DNA of 64,000 bases from an uncultured Verrucomicrobiae bacterium (GCA_963735805.1 CAVTMK010000002.1:1056001-1120000); one strand, 5' to 3'; positions 40,554 through 50,796 are shown, numbered from the stretch's first letter. Made by a program: numbers and translations. Notes: generated by a model not told the origin, from the sequence alone.

Positions 40554-42242
40554 CAGCCATTCATGAGACAAACAAAATTGCTTTGTGCGCTGCTGGGAGT
40601 CCTTTGCCAATCTGCCGTCGCAGCGACGCCGACCCCCTCGGCTTCTTCGTCGCTAACGGCATCAGCATCTCCGGATGCGACGATCACGCAATCGGTTACC
40701 GAATTATCCGCGCAAAAAGCCGCCACCGAACGATCGAAGATTTACCGAACCGGTGCCGCTTATGGTCGCTGGCTGGACCAACTGGCAAAAGAATCTGGTA
40801 ACACTTTTCTCCAACGGACGGTCTTTGATCGAGTTACCTGGATGCGTCTCATCAGTTGCGCCGTTGCTCTTGCCGTATTGTCGCTGCTCACCGGTTGGTT
40901 TGTCTGGATTGTGAGGCGTCGCGCTGGCGGAATCGACTCAGCGCGATATCAGTCATGGTTAGCCCTGAGTGCTGCCGCAATTCGCAAACCAGTAGCGCTT
41001 TTCCTTTGGACGTGCAGCGGCGCGTTCGCGCTGCTGCCGATAGCTACAGGCATTATTGATCGGCCCACCCGCATCTTTTGGGCCCGCACGCTTACTGCGA
41101 TTCTTTACGCCGGATGGATCATCGCGCTGCTATGGCTGGTTTTCCGCGCCATTCGTGCAGTAGAAAAACGAATGCGCCTTTGGGCGGAGCGAACGCGCAG
41201 CTTGCTAGGCAAAATTGTCGTTCCGATCGTTGGTCATTCATTGCGCCTAGCAGTGCCATTGCTTGGAGTCATTCTGTTGTTACCGCTACTTAAACTTCCC
41301 GAAGACTGGACATGGGTAACTCAGAAAGGTATCGGCATTCTTTTCATCGTCGCGCTTTCTTTTCTAATCATTCACGGCATCAACGCGATGCAGGCGGCGC
41401 TACTGAGCCGGCAGCGGTTGGACCTGCCGGATAATCTTTCTGCGCGACGGATCTACACCCAGGTATCGGTCATTCGCAAAGTTATCGTTACCGCCATTGT
41501 AGTCATCGCGACGGGTTCCGTTCTGATGCTTTTCGATCCGGTCCGGCAGTTCGGCACGAGCATTCTGGCGTCGGCGGGAATTGCGGGGATCGTGATCGGA
41601 TTCGCCGCGCAACGGACTCTTGGCAATGTGCTCGCCGGGATTCAAATCGCGCTAACGCAACCGCTGCTCATCGACGATATCGTGGTTGTCGAAGGCGAGT
41701 TTGGCCAGATCGAAGAAATCACCCTTACCTATGTAACGGTAAGAACGTGGGACCTGCGCCGGATGATTCTACCCATCACTTACTTTGTCGAAAAACCGTT
41801 TCAGAACTGGAGTCGCGTTTCTACCGAGCTGCTTGGCACGATTGTGCTCTATCTCGATTATCGGGCGCCCATCGGCGAATTGCGCAAGGAATTGAAACGC
41901 CTCGTTGAGAACAACCCGAAATGGGACAAGAAGGTATGCGGATTGCAGGTCACAGACACGAAACAAACGACGATCGAAGTGCGCGCGCTGGTCAGTAGCA
42001 CCGACCCAGGCAAAGTTTTCGATCTTCGTTGCGAGGTACGCGAAGGGCTCATTGATTTTCTTTCTGGCCACTATCCGGAAAGTCTTCCGCGCCAGCGTAA
42101 TATGAGCGAGCCCTCGGACGAAGAGATTCAGCACCGACGAAAACTAAAATCGCCCCCTGCCGCACAGGGGAAAGAGCACGAGCGTGGTTCAAAGGCTCCC
42201 GGCATCCACGCCGAACAAGAGAGTGACGGCGCTGGCACTTGA
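40548..42242 (+). CDS. MscS family mechanosensitive channel
   Basis: GFAAQRTLGNVLAG, GQIEEITLTY, WDLRR, FQNWSR. Confidence 0.9.
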   Translation: MTQPFMRQTKLLCALLGVLCQSAVAATPTPSASSSLTASASPDATITQSVTELSAQKAATERSKIYRTGAAYGRWLDQLAKESGNTFLQRTVFDRVTWMRLISCAVALAVLSLLTGWFVWIVRRRAGGIDSARYQSWLALSAAAIRKPVALFLWTCSGAFALLPIATGIIDRPTRIFWARTLTAILYAGWIIALLWLVFRAIRAVEKRMRLWAERTRSLLGKIVVPIVGHSLRLAVPLLGVILLLPLLKLPEDWTWVTQKGIGILFIVALSFLIIHGINAMQAALLSRQRLDLPDNLSARRIYTQVSVIRKVIVTAIVVIATGSVLMLFDPVRQFGTSILASAGIAGIVIGFAAQRTLGNVLAGIQIALTQPLLIDDIVVVEGEFGQIEEITLTYVTVRTWDLRRMILPITYFVEKPFQNWSRVSTELLGTIVLYLDYRAPIGELRKELKRLVENNPKWDKKVCGLQVTDTKQTTIEVRALVSSTDPGKVFDLRCEVREGLIDFLSGHYPESLPRQRNMSEPSDEEIQHRRKLKSPPAAQGKEHERGSKAPGIHAEQESDGAGT

Positions 42243-42372
42243 CTTATCTCCTGATCAGAAAAGGAAATCGATTCTAAAGGGCCATTGTCGAAAATTTCAA
42301 AAAAAGGAACGGCCACAAAGATGAGTCCGACCTGATCTGGATGCGTCCTGCTTCGACCGCCACGGTGCCTAA

Positions 42373-43482
42373 CTATTCGCGTGTGATTCCAATGATCTTC
42401 CAGAGCTTGTACGGCTCGGTTCGCGTTGATCTGCCGTTATTGAAGCGCGGCATATTTTCAATCTGCGACGCGGTGACGTAAAGTTCGCTGTTCGGTCCCC
42501 AGCTCAATGTGTCCGGCCAGAGCAAACGCTTGTCAGCGATGATTCGACCCACGCGCTTGCTCTTGGGTTCCCATCGTACCACCGCGCTGCCTTCAAGGTC
42601 GGTTAGATAAACACTGCCATCTGGCGCTTCGAGCATCCCATCGGGTGCCGGCGTCTGCCCGACGTTTTCCACCTTCGATTCCAGTTCGCGTTTCCCAAGT
42701 TTCTCATCTGTGAGGAAACTCGTTTTGATCCGGTAAAGCGTGTGACCGGTGAGCGCGTGATAAAAGAGATAGCCGTTCTTCGAATCGAGCGCGATACCAT
42801 CAGATGCGATCTGAGGCGGCGTTTTCTTTTGCTGGTCGATTAACGGTTTGCCGTCGACTACGAGCTTAACGTCCTTTTCGGGCTGAGCGGATGAGTGGCC
42901 GTCGAGAAGCCGACGCGCTTGGCCGCTCTTAAGGTTGACAACGATAATTGCGCCTTGTCCTGATTCGGTAATGAACGCGGTGTTTGTGCGTGTGTCGATA
43001 CGAACGTCGTTGAGATAACTTTTCTTCGGCGCCACATCTTCACCGAAAGGGATAGTTTGTGCGACCTGGTTCGTCCGAAGATCAATTTTCACCAATTTCG
43101 GGCCACCCTTGACGATCTCCTGCATTTTTGGAGCTGCCGGATCAAGAACCCACAAGTTGTCCTGATCGTCGACCACCACGCTTTGGACACAGACAAAATG
43201 TGAGCCTGGAGCGCCGGTCTCGGCGCCGCGAGTTGGTCCCAAGGCGAACTTGTTCCATTCGTCGTTAGGAAAGGCTTTGGGCTGGCCGTCTACAATCTCA
43301 GCTACCGAAATGGTGTGATCGTCCGACCAGTAGGGGAAATTCACAAAGATACGGCCAGACTTTGTCGAGACGCCGACGCCGGTAATCTGTTTGTCGGGGA
43401 AACTGGCAACCTCTTGTAGCTCTGCAGCTGATGCAATTGCCCCGCTGATAAGAAAACTTGCGAGAGCGAGTTGAATTCGCAT
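42373..43482 (-). CDS. Major royal jelly/L-dopachrome tautomerase-related beta-propeller protein
   Basis: Signal peptide, FVCVQSV, LWVLD, YLNDVR, DGIAL, WPDT. Confidence 0.82.
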   Translation of the reverse strand: MRIQLALASFLISGAIASAAELQEVASFPDKQITGVGVSTKSGRIFVNFPYWSDDHTISVAEIVDGQPKAFPNDEWNKFALGPTRGAETGAPGSHFVCVQSVVVDDQDNLWVLDPAAPKMQEIVKGGPKLVKIDLRTNQVAQTIPFGEDVAPKKSYLNDVRIDTRTNTAFITESGQGAIIVVNLKSGQARRLLDGHSSAQPEKDVKLVVDGKPLIDQQKKTPPQIASDGIALDSKNGYLFYHALTGHTLYRIKTSFLTDEKLGKRELESKVENVGQTPAPDGMLEAPDGSVYLTDLEGSAVVRWEPKSKRVGRIIADKRLLWPDTLSWGPNSELYVTASQIENMPRFNNGRSTRTEPYKLWKIIGITRE

Positions 43483-43549
43483 AAAAAGAATTCGCGGCTC
43501 CGCTCGGAACCGGATGACTGAATGTGCAGAGCTGCTGCGCTTTATGGTG

Positions 43550-44908
43550 TCAGTCAGTGACTACTGATTGTTCGGAACTCGATTTCTGCATAGGGCCTAT
43601 TCTCAGTGCAAGAAGCGCAGCGATAACTGCCAGTCCACCGAGCAGAAGAAATGCATCTGTATGGGTCCCGGTTTGTGACTTCAAAATTCCGATCAGCGCG
43701 GGTCCCGCGAATCCGCCGATATTCGCGATCATGGTGACGAGAGCTATGCCGGCCGCTGCAGCCGGCCCGGTTAGAAATTGAGTCGGCATGGACCAAAACG
43801 GTCCATAACTTGCGCAGTGGCCTAATGGGACAAGTGCGAGTGCGATAATTGCCAACACAGGCTGGTGCAACAGAGCGCATCCTACTAGGCCGATAGCCAT
43901 TACCAGTAGGGGCATCGCTATATGCTTGTCTCGCTCCTTTGTCTTGTCGGAATGGTAACTGTTCAGAAGCATAGCGAGGATAGTTACGGCACTAATCGCA
44001 CCCAGCACTAAACCTACCTTGAAGTTACTAAGTCCAGTAAGCGACTTGATAACAAGCGGCGCCCAGAAGGAGTAACCGTAAAATCCGGCTGCCACCAAAA
44101 GGAAAATGATTCCAAGCTTCCAGACAGTCCTATCGGTAAGAGCTACTCGGATATTCGGTTTCAGTAGGCAAGCTTTTCGTTCCGCGGCAAGTGTTTCTAC
44201 CAGCCAGTCGCGTTCTGTTGGCGCCAGCCAGCGCGTAGTTTCGGGTCGGTCATTCAAGTAAAAAATCACGCTGCTGCCCAGGACGACGGCTGGCAGCCCT
44301 TCCATGAAGAACAACCACTGCCAACCCTTGAGGCCATAAACACCATCCAATCCAAGCAGCGCACCCGATAATGGACCTCCTATCAGTCCGGTCACAGGAA
44401 CCGCGGTCATGAACGTTGCAATCGCGCGCGCGCGGTGGGCCGTAGGATACCATAGGCTCAGGTAGTAAATCACTCCGGGAAAGAAACCGGCTTCAGCTGC
44501 TCCAAGCAGGAACCGTAACAGGTAAAAGAGGGGAGGAGTGCGCACAAACATCAATCCCGCCGAAACCAGGCCCCACGTCACCATGATTCGCGCGATCCAA
44601 ACGCGAGCTCCTACTCGCTCCAGAATGATATTGCTCGGTATTTCAAAGAGACAATAACCAAGAAAGAAAATACCCGAACCCACACCAAACACTATTGAGC
44701 TAAACCCAAGATCGGCGTTCATTTCCAACCCTGCGAAACCGACATTCACCCGGTCCAACCAGGCGATGATGTAAAGCAGAAAGAGAAATGGGATCAGCCG
44801 CCACGTCACTTTGCGCAGTGTAACCACCGGCAGCTCGTTGGTGTCGGGTGCCCTTAAAACATTCGGGATCGGATTAGACTGTCCGCTGAAGTTTTTCACG
44901 CGTAGCAC
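43550..44908 (-). CDS. MFS transporter (ACS family, TtuB-like)
   Basis: RLIPFL, DRVNVGFA, FEIPSN, EAGFFPG. Confidence 0.92.
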   Translation of the reverse strand: MLRVKNFSGQSNPIPNVLRAPDTNELPVVTLRKVTWRLIPFLFLLYIIAWLDRVNVGFAGLEMNADLGFSSIVFGVGSGIFFLGYCLFEIPSNIILERVGARVWIARIMVTWGLVSAGLMFVRTPPLFYLLRFLLGAAEAGFFPGVIYYLSLWYPTAHRARAIATFMTAVPVTGLIGGPLSGALLGLDGVYGLKGWQWLFFMEGLPAVVLGSSVIFYLNDRPETTRWLAPTERDWLVETLAAERKACLLKPNIRVALTDRTVWKLGIIFLLVAAGFYGYSFWAPLVIKSLTGLSNFKVGLVLGAISAVTILAMLLNSYHSDKTKERDKHIAMPLLVMAIGLVGCALLHQPVLAIIALALVPLGHCASYGPFWSMPTQFLTGPAAAAGIALVTMIANIGGFAGPALIGILKSQTGTHTDAFLLLGGLAVIAALLALRIGPMQKSSSEQSVVTD

Positions 44909-45004
44909 AGGTTAGACCACGAGACCCCACAGAAAGAGGACGAACTTTGCTTGCCATATAACTGGGTTTCAACTACAGATCGCGCCCTGGAAGGCAGACC
45001 GATT

Positions 45005-45715
45005 ATGTCCATAAGATTAATTCCGCTCCTCATTGCAATGATCGCCAGCGCTACGGCTATTCACGGAAGCGTTCCGATCGTCGTCGAGACCGGCGCCGGC
45101 CGGCGGACCTCGATGAACCGAGTCCATGACGCGGGAGAGGCGCTCAAGAAAGGGGATGTTGCCGCTGCCAAGCGCAACGTAGATGCGGCTCTCCAAGGCG
45201 ACCCCAAGTCGTGGCCCGCGTTGTATATGCGTGCGCAGATTTTTGCCACGCAGGGCAAATATGAGCTCGCCATTCAGGATTGTAATCAGGCGCTTCGCTT
45301 ATATCCGGGGTTCGTCGAAGTCGCTCTCCTGCGTGCAAAGATCAACGTGCGCCTTGGGAAATATGCCGAAGCCTTGAAAGAGTATAATTATCTGATCTCC
45401 CTTCACCCTAGGTCTGTCACATTGGCCCGGGCGTTGAGCGATCGAGCATGGTTTCAGGCGACGTGTTTAAACCCTTCGTTTCGCAATGGGCAACAGGCGG
45501 TCAAAGACGCGAAGGCGGCGTGCAGCATCATGGTATGGAAGGATGAAGACATGATAGACACACTCGCTGCAGCTTACGCCGAGACGGGCGACTTTGATTC
45601 TGCGGCTCGTTACGCGGCGCAGGCCCTGGCGATAAAGGAAATCGCGCCAGTCGACTCAAAACGGATTCAACAGCATCTGACGTTGTTTCAACAACACAAG
45701 CCGATTCGATCGTAA
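45005..45715 (+). CDS. Secreted TPR protein
   Basis: Signal peptide, TPR repeats, DTLAAAYAETGDF. Confidence 0.8.
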   Translation: MSIRLIPLLIAMIASATAIHGSVPIVVETGAGRRTSMNRVHDAGEALKKGDVAAAKRNVDAALQGDPKSWPALYMRAQIFATQGKYELAIQDCNQALRLYPGFVEVALLRAKINVRLGKYAEALKEYNYLISLHPRSVTLARALSDRAWFQATCLNPSFRNGQQAVKDAKAACSIMVWKDEDMIDTLAAAYAETGDFDSAARYAAQALAIKEIAPVDSKRIQQHLTLFQQHKPIRS

Positions 45716-45818
45716 GACTAGGATCCGTTTCGGGACCATCACGGGTCTGCCTAACGTTGTTTTCGCCGAATCTCGATCGTCGAAGATAAGGACCGACAAT
45801 GTGAATGGGGGAGACGTC

Positions 45819-45968
45819 CTATTTACCGACGAGGATCAAAATACCGGCTGCCAGCGCCAGAATCCCAGTCACGATCACAGGGATTGCGATGTGGAGCAGA
45901 GCCATGATTCCAACAAGAATCAGGTAGATAGCAAGCAGGAGCATTCCGAGGTTTTTAGTGATGTTCAT
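45819..45968 (-). CDS. 49-aa two-TM small membrane protein
   Basis: MNITKNLGMLLLAIYLILVGIMALLHIAIPVIVTGILALAAGILILVGK; AGAAAGAGG upstream; below the ORF-track cutoff. Confidence 0.75.
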   Translation of the reverse strand: MNITKNLGMLLLAIYLILVGIMALLHIAIPVIVTGILALAAGILILVGK

Positions 45969-46248
45969 GGCCTCTTTCTGAGGCATGGCCACAGGCTTTG
46001 CACGCTTAAAGTGGTAACGTTCAGCCCGGCTGAAAGACTCCAGATGGCGGCAGAGTCACCGGTGGTGCTATTAAGAAGCGCGTTAACACCGTTGGCCATG
46101 TTGGAGCCGGAGGTCGTGTTATTTAATTAAGAACGCTCCCGGATCGATAGCCGTGTTGAACTGGGCCAGTGGTTAGGTTTCGAGATCAAAATCCCAAACC
46201 CCGAAAAGCCCGCGATACGAGACCCTACCGCCAAAATGCGAAACGAGG

Positions 46249-47670
46249 TTACCCGTTCCCAATTGAGGTCGTGTAAGGAAAACCGACTTTCGATGGGACC
46301 AAGATCGCGTCACTCATTCCGTGCAGGAACTTCTTGTCTGCCGGAACGATGGTGGCCAGAGCGCCTCGTAGCTTCACGCGATTAGCTTCTACAAAAAAGT
46401 AAGGGCAAAGCCGCACGCGACCTTTTATTGTCTTTAGCTCGCCTGAATCGGGTTCCCAATACCGGTGCTCGAATAGACTACCCTTGTGAAAGCGTTGCAT
46501 GATCGTAGGTGAAGATTCGAATGTGGCCAGCGCATGGTCGATTCGTTTTTCCCATTCTGAATGGGGAAGATCTGCACCCAGCGCAATACCGCGACTACCC
46601 CAGCCAAGCGGTGAGAACCCGCTCACTTTCAAGAGAAGATCACGATCTTTCTGGCTGAACTTCGCTGCCTCGTGCCAGTCGTGAATCTCCAGGCGCGGAA
46701 TGACCGCGTGCTGCGGCAAAGGCGTCGGATCGAGCAGCCACGAGTAGGGAATCACTTCCTGCAGCCTGCTGAAATATTTGTCGCCGAGTTCGCGTCGCCA
46801 AAACTCGCGCAATGGCTGCATCCAAAAAAGGGCGAACCACATTTTTTCTTCCAGATACGGCTTGATCGGCGGTGTGATCGTGATGTGACCTTCGGCATTC
46901 GCGCGCAATGTGTTCTCGATCCCGGGAATATTTGGCAGATCGAATAGCTCGAAGAACCGATATACGGCGCGGCCGTCCTGGGGCTGATAGTTCTCAGCTG
47001 CTACAACGCGCCAGCTGTGGCTGGGGTCGGCAGATGATGGATTACCATTGGAGCCGGAGTCAGTGCCTGCGGCTACATTGGGATTCCCCGACGACGAGCT
47101 CATTTTTTGGTTCAACCGCGCGGCGATCCATTCCATTTCCGGTCGGTACGTCGCGGCCTCTTGCGAGACGACGATGTCGCCACCATTTGGCAGAACAGTG
47201 CGAAATCCGTGCAACATCCCGTCTGCACCGCCAATAATCTCGTTGTCGAATGTTGAATAGGTTTGGTTGAGCCAGCCGGTCAGACCGATTCCGCCCGGCA
47301 CGGAATCGATTTCCGCAATGATATAACCGTTTTCGGTCAGAATGAGATCTGGTCGGATCACTTGCGGTAAATCGTCGCGAATTTCCTTACGCCTGGAAAA
47401 CTCGATCAGCTCTTTTGGCTTACCGGCATCGAGATAGCGCGCCACCCAGGCGGGCTGCTTGCCCTTGATACTTAGTTGATAGAGTTGGTTACAGGACCTC
47501 TGAAAAACGAACAGTCGATGTCCGAGCTGTTCCAGTTCGGTGAGAAATTTTTTCTCGATCGGGAACGCATCAGGGGAGAGCAGCCAGTCCTTCTCCGCAA
47601 AGAGACCTTCCTTCGGGAAAGCCGCGCGAATCGCCGTCAGCCTGTCATCCTGAGTTTGCACCTCACTCAC
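46249..47670 (-). CDS. Hypothetical protein, ATP-grasp/glutathionylspermidine-synthase-like
   Basis: IRPDLIL...AEIDSVPGG, LLKVSG...GSRG, IMQRF, RVRLCPY; the upstream TTG start lies in a repeat. Confidence 0.65.
   Translation of the reverse strand: MSEVQTQDDRLTAIRAAFPKEGLFAEKDWLLSPDAFPIEKKFLTELEQLGHRLFVFQRSCNQLYQLSIKGKQPAWVARYLDAGKPKELIEFSRRKEIRDDLPQVIRPDLILTENGYIIAEIDSVPGGIGLTGWLNQTYSTFDNEIIGGADGMLHGFRTVLPNGGDIVVSQEAATYRPEMEWIAARLNQKMSSSSGNPNVAAGTDSGSNGNPSSADPSHSWRVVAAENYQPQDGRAVYRFFELFDLPNIPGIENTLRANAEGHITITPPIKPYLEEKMWFALFWMQPLREFWRRELGDKYFSRLQEVIPYSWLLDPTPLPQHAVIPRLEIHDWHEAAKFSQKDRDLLLKVSGFSPLGWGSRGIALGADLPHSEWEKRIDHALATFESSPTIMQRFHKGSLFEHRYWEPDSGELKTIKGRVRLCPYFFVEANRVKLRGALATIVPADKKFLHGMSDAILVPSKVGFPYTTSIGNG
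47016..47077. repeat. Degenerate GTAG-type palindrome inside a CDS
   Basis: TGTGGCTGGGGTCGGC...GTCAGTGCCTGCGGCTACA. Confidence 0.55.
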
Positions 47671-47676
47671 GAAACA

Positions 47677-47757
47677 AACGTCCAGCGCTGAACGCCCGAC
47701 GTCCAACGCCGAATATATGAGCGGCTGATTTGAACATTGGACGTTGCACCTTGCGTC
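47677..47757. repeat. Inverted pair of heptamer arrays
   Basis: AACGTCC AGCGCTG AACGCCC GACGTCC AACGCCG ... TTGAACA TTGGACG TTGCACC TTGCGTC. Confidence 0.7.
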
Positions 47758-47773
47758 TTCGGCTTTTTCCAGG

Positions 47774-48385
47774 TTATTTTCCGGCCGCCATCTTCTTCAG
47801 CGCAAGTTTGACCAGGTCTTCCGCTGATATTGCTTCACCCCTGTCCTGGAGCTCGCGCACCGCTTTGTGCGCGTCGATCTGTTTATAGCCAAGCGCAATC
47901 AAGGCGAGCACAGCTTCGTTGGCCTGCTCCTGTTCCGGCGTGGGCGCATGCGCTGCGCTTGCTGCTTCCCACGCCGCCGCTACGCCCAGCTTGTCTTTCA
48001 ATTCCAAAACGATTCGCTCCGCAGTTTTTTTTCCGAGCCCGCTAATCTTCGAAATTGCCGCGACATCGGAGTTCACGACCGCAGCCTTAAAATTATTGAC
48101 ACTCATTCCGCTTAATACTGCGAGTGCCAGTTTCGGCCCAATCCCGCTAACGTTGTTTACAAGTAATCGAAAAAGGTCGCGTTCGGCGGGCGTCATGAAT
48201 CCGTAAAGCAGATGTGCATCTTCGCGAATGGCCAGATGCGTAAGAATACGAATCGGCTGCCCCGGTTGCGGCAACTGGTCATAGCTGGAAAGCGGTATAA
48301 GAACTTCGTAGCCAACGCCACCGACATCGATGATCGCGTGCGTGGGCAAAGCGTTTACGAGTTTGCCGTTCAGGAAAGTGATCAT
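47774..48385 (-). CDS. ruvA: Holliday junction branch migration protein
   Basis: GGVGYEV, REDAHLLYGF, SGIGPKLA, GLGKKTAERIVLEL. Confidence 0.97.
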   Translation of the reverse strand: MITFLNGKLVNALPTHAIIDVGGVGYEVLIPLSSYDQLPQPGQPIRILTHLAIREDAHLLYGFMTPAERDLFRLLVNNVSGIGPKLALAVLSGMSVNNFKAAVVNSDVAAISKISGLGKKTAERIVLELKDKLGVAAAWEAASAAHAPTPEQEQANEAVLALIALGYKQIDAHKAVRELQDRGEAISAEDLVKLALKKMAAGK

Positions 48386-48392
48386 GGTGGAT

Positions 48393-48492
48393 CGTTAAAG
48401 CGTTGGAGCGATGAAGCGTTAAAGCGTTTCCAGGAATTTAGCAATTCTGCACTTAACTCTTCAACGCTTTAACTCTTCAACCGTTCAACGAC
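48393..48492. repeat. Inverted pair of octamer arrays
   Basis: CGTTAAAG CGTTGGAG CGATGAAG CGTTAAAG ... TTAACTCT TCAACGCT TTAACTCT TCAACCGT TCAACGAC. Confidence 0.75.
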
Positions 48493-50091
48493 TCATTCCG
48501 GCTTCAGCACGAGCGTGAGTTCGACCTTTTTGCCTTTCGGGATGTTGAAGCCACGTGTGGGAAAGAAGCTCCAGTCTCCGGGACGATTCGGAAAAAGCCC
48601 CTGGACCAGCGAAGTCGGGACAATGATGAAACGCGGGCCCGGGTCCGACATGAAATTGACTGCGTTCTTTTTATTGAGTCGCGTGAGAAAGGTTTTTACG
48701 CGGGAGCGAAAATACCAGACCAGGCTTGGTTCCTCGAACTCGACGGACGCAAATTGCATGTTCGGTTGCAAATGCGCCTGTGATTCCCGGAAGAGCTGAT
48801 ACGCGGGAAAAAACCGTGCGACCAGCGGTGGGACCACTAACGCGATTGCGACCCAGATACATGCAGTCGTGACAGCTACAGTCATGAACGAGGAACGAAG
48901 CCGCTCAACAGCGCGAGGCGCCTCCTTTGAGTCCTTGGGATCCGACGGCTTCGAGCTGTCAGCTTTGCCTGCCGAAGTCTCCTCTGGGATCCAATGGCGC
49001 CCAAGCAACAGCGCCAGCATGCCAAATGCGGGTAACGTGTAATGCGGCAGCTTCGTTTTAAGAAGTGAGAAAATGATGAAAATGATTGCCACTCCGGAGA
49101 AAAGGTAGCAATCGATCTTGTCACGCTTATGCCACAATCGTTTCAGGAGTGACGGCAACTTGATCGACCAGGGAAAGAAACTAGCAAATACAGTTACGAA
49201 ATAGAACGGCAGCAATAAAACATAACCGCCGAACGAGTCCAAACCGTGCCCTTCCATTGTTCCGAATGAACGGCCAATCACGTGGCGGCCGATTCCGATT
49301 CGCAAGAATTCGCCGTGCGTGTGAATCAAGGCAGGAATTCCCCATGCCGCGACAATCAGCAGCATTAGTGCGATACCACGCAGAAATTTGAATCGCTGGC
49401 GCAGTTGCAAATTGGGCGCGTAGAAAAGAGTCGATCCTACGGTTAGCAAAGGCACCCATGCGATGGGCCCCTTGGCCAGAAAGCCCAGTGCTAACGAGAT
49501 GTAGAAGAGGAACCACCAATAAGATGTCCGATGGTTGATGCTGGATGTTTGATCTGGCGTACTTGTCAGACCGTCGCGGATCAGTTCTAATCCGCTCCAA
49601 TGCGCAGTGGTGACGAATAATGCCAACCACATATCGGCGACTGCGGCCTTCGCGTGAATGAATGTTTGCAAACAGAGCGTGAAAATAATCGCCGCACGCC
49701 AACCGATGCGTCCGCTGCCAATCCTCAATCCACGGATAGGGATTGTCACCGCAATGATAGCGGCTGCTAAAGCGGAAGGAAAACGCGCTGCAAAATCGTT
49801 TTCGCCGAAGATGCGGTAACTTATCGTTTGCGCCCAGTAGGTAAGCGGTGGCTTGTCGAGACGGAGCTGGTTATTAAAGTAGGGAACAACGTAATCGCCG
49901 CGTTGGATCATCTCGCGTGACGCTTCAGCGAAGCGGGGTTCGTCGCGATCGATCAGAGGCAGACTCCAGGTGCCTGCGATGTGAAAAAGCACACAACCGA
50001 TGAAGAGGAGCGCGTGTTGAGCTACAAGCTGGAGAGACGATTGGTGATCAGTTCCCGCTAATCTGTTTTGTGCAGTCATGTCGCCGTTCAC
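48493..50091 (-). CDS. ArnT-like membrane glycosyltransferase
   Basis: DRDEPRFAEASREM, DKPPLTYW, LAKGP, KLPHYTLP. Confidence 0.9.
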   Translation of the reverse strand: MNGDMTAQNRLAGTDHQSSLQLVAQHALLFIGCVLFHIAGTWSLPLIDRDEPRFAEASREMIQRGDYVVPYFNNQLRLDKPPLTYWAQTISYRIFGENDFAARFPSALAAAIIAVTIPIRGLRIGSGRIGWRAAIIFTLCLQTFIHAKAAVADMWLALFVTTAHWSGLELIRDGLTSTPDQTSSINHRTSYWWFLFYISLALGFLAKGPIAWVPLLTVGSTLFYAPNLQLRQRFKFLRGIALMLLIVAAWGIPALIHTHGEFLRIGIGRHVIGRSFGTMEGHGLDSFGGYVLLLPFYFVTVFASFFPWSIKLPSLLKRLWHKRDKIDCYLFSGVAIIFIIFSLLKTKLPHYTLPAFGMLALLLGRHWIPEETSAGKADSSKPSDPKDSKEAPRAVERLRSSFMTVAVTTACIWVAIALVVPPLVARFFPAYQLFRESQAHLQPNMQFASVEFEEPSLVWYFRSRVKTFLTRLNKKNAVNFMSDPGPRFIIVPTSLVQGLFPNRPGDWSFFPTRGFNIPKGKKVELTLVLKPE

Positions 50092-50187
50092 TGATCAGCA
50101 GGACTTTTGTACTCGCGATTTATCGCAGTTGCGCATTCCAGCTTTGCCTTCACAATAGCCGCCTGTAAATCCGGCGGGAAATCAATT

Positions 50188-50796
50188 GTGAAGCGCAGAT
50201 CTGTTTTTTATTGGCTGATCAGCATCGTCATCGCGGCGATGGCGATCGCAATTGCATTTCATTTCGACGACGCGGTGCGCGATTTCATGGCGCAACATCA
50301 AAGCGCTGCGATGCGCGAATTCATGCGCTACGTAAGCCTGTTCGGCGACTGGCCGTCGCACGTTGTGCTCGGATTGCTCCTTCTAGGAATCGCCTGGCGA
50401 CGCCGCAGCCAAAAATGGATGCGTATCTTTTTGTCGATGGTATTGGCCATGGCGCTCGCAGGTGTTGCCGGCACTGTCACCAAGCGCGCCTTTCCACGGG
50501 CTCGCCCATCTGTGAAATCCGAGCTGCGTTGGGGCGGTCCGCGTTTCAGCACGAAGTATCACGCATTTCCCTCAGGTCACGTTGGGGCATCCGCCGCGTT
50601 TTTTTGTGTCTTGATTCTCGCACGCCGACGCGTCGGACTCGCCTGTCTGCCGATCCCAATTTTGATCGCGTTCTCTCGAATGTACCTCGGCGCGCATTAC
50701 CTGTCTGATGTTGTGTGCGCCGCAGTTCTTGGGATTTTATGTGCCGCCATTGTTTGGCGTGTTCTGGCGCGCGAACCCAGCAACCACAATGGGTGA
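50188..50796 (+). CDS. PAP2 family phosphatase
   Basis: KRAFPRARP, FPSGH, SRMYLGAHYLSDV. Confidence 0.92.
   Translation: MKRRSVFYWLISIVIAAMAIAIAFHFDDAVRDFMAQHQSAAMREFMRYVSLFGDWPSHVVLGLLLLGIAWRRRSQKWMRIFLSMVLAMALAGVAGTVTKRAFPRARPSVKSELRWGGPRFSTKYHAFPSGHVGASAAFFCVLILARRRVGLACLPIPILIAFSRMYLGAHYLSDVVCAAVLGILCAAIVWRVLAREPSNHNG

Noticed and set aside
46130..46245. Possible riboswitch or ncRNA
   Set aside because: Only one modest hairpin (GGTTT...AAACC); no family motif recognised.
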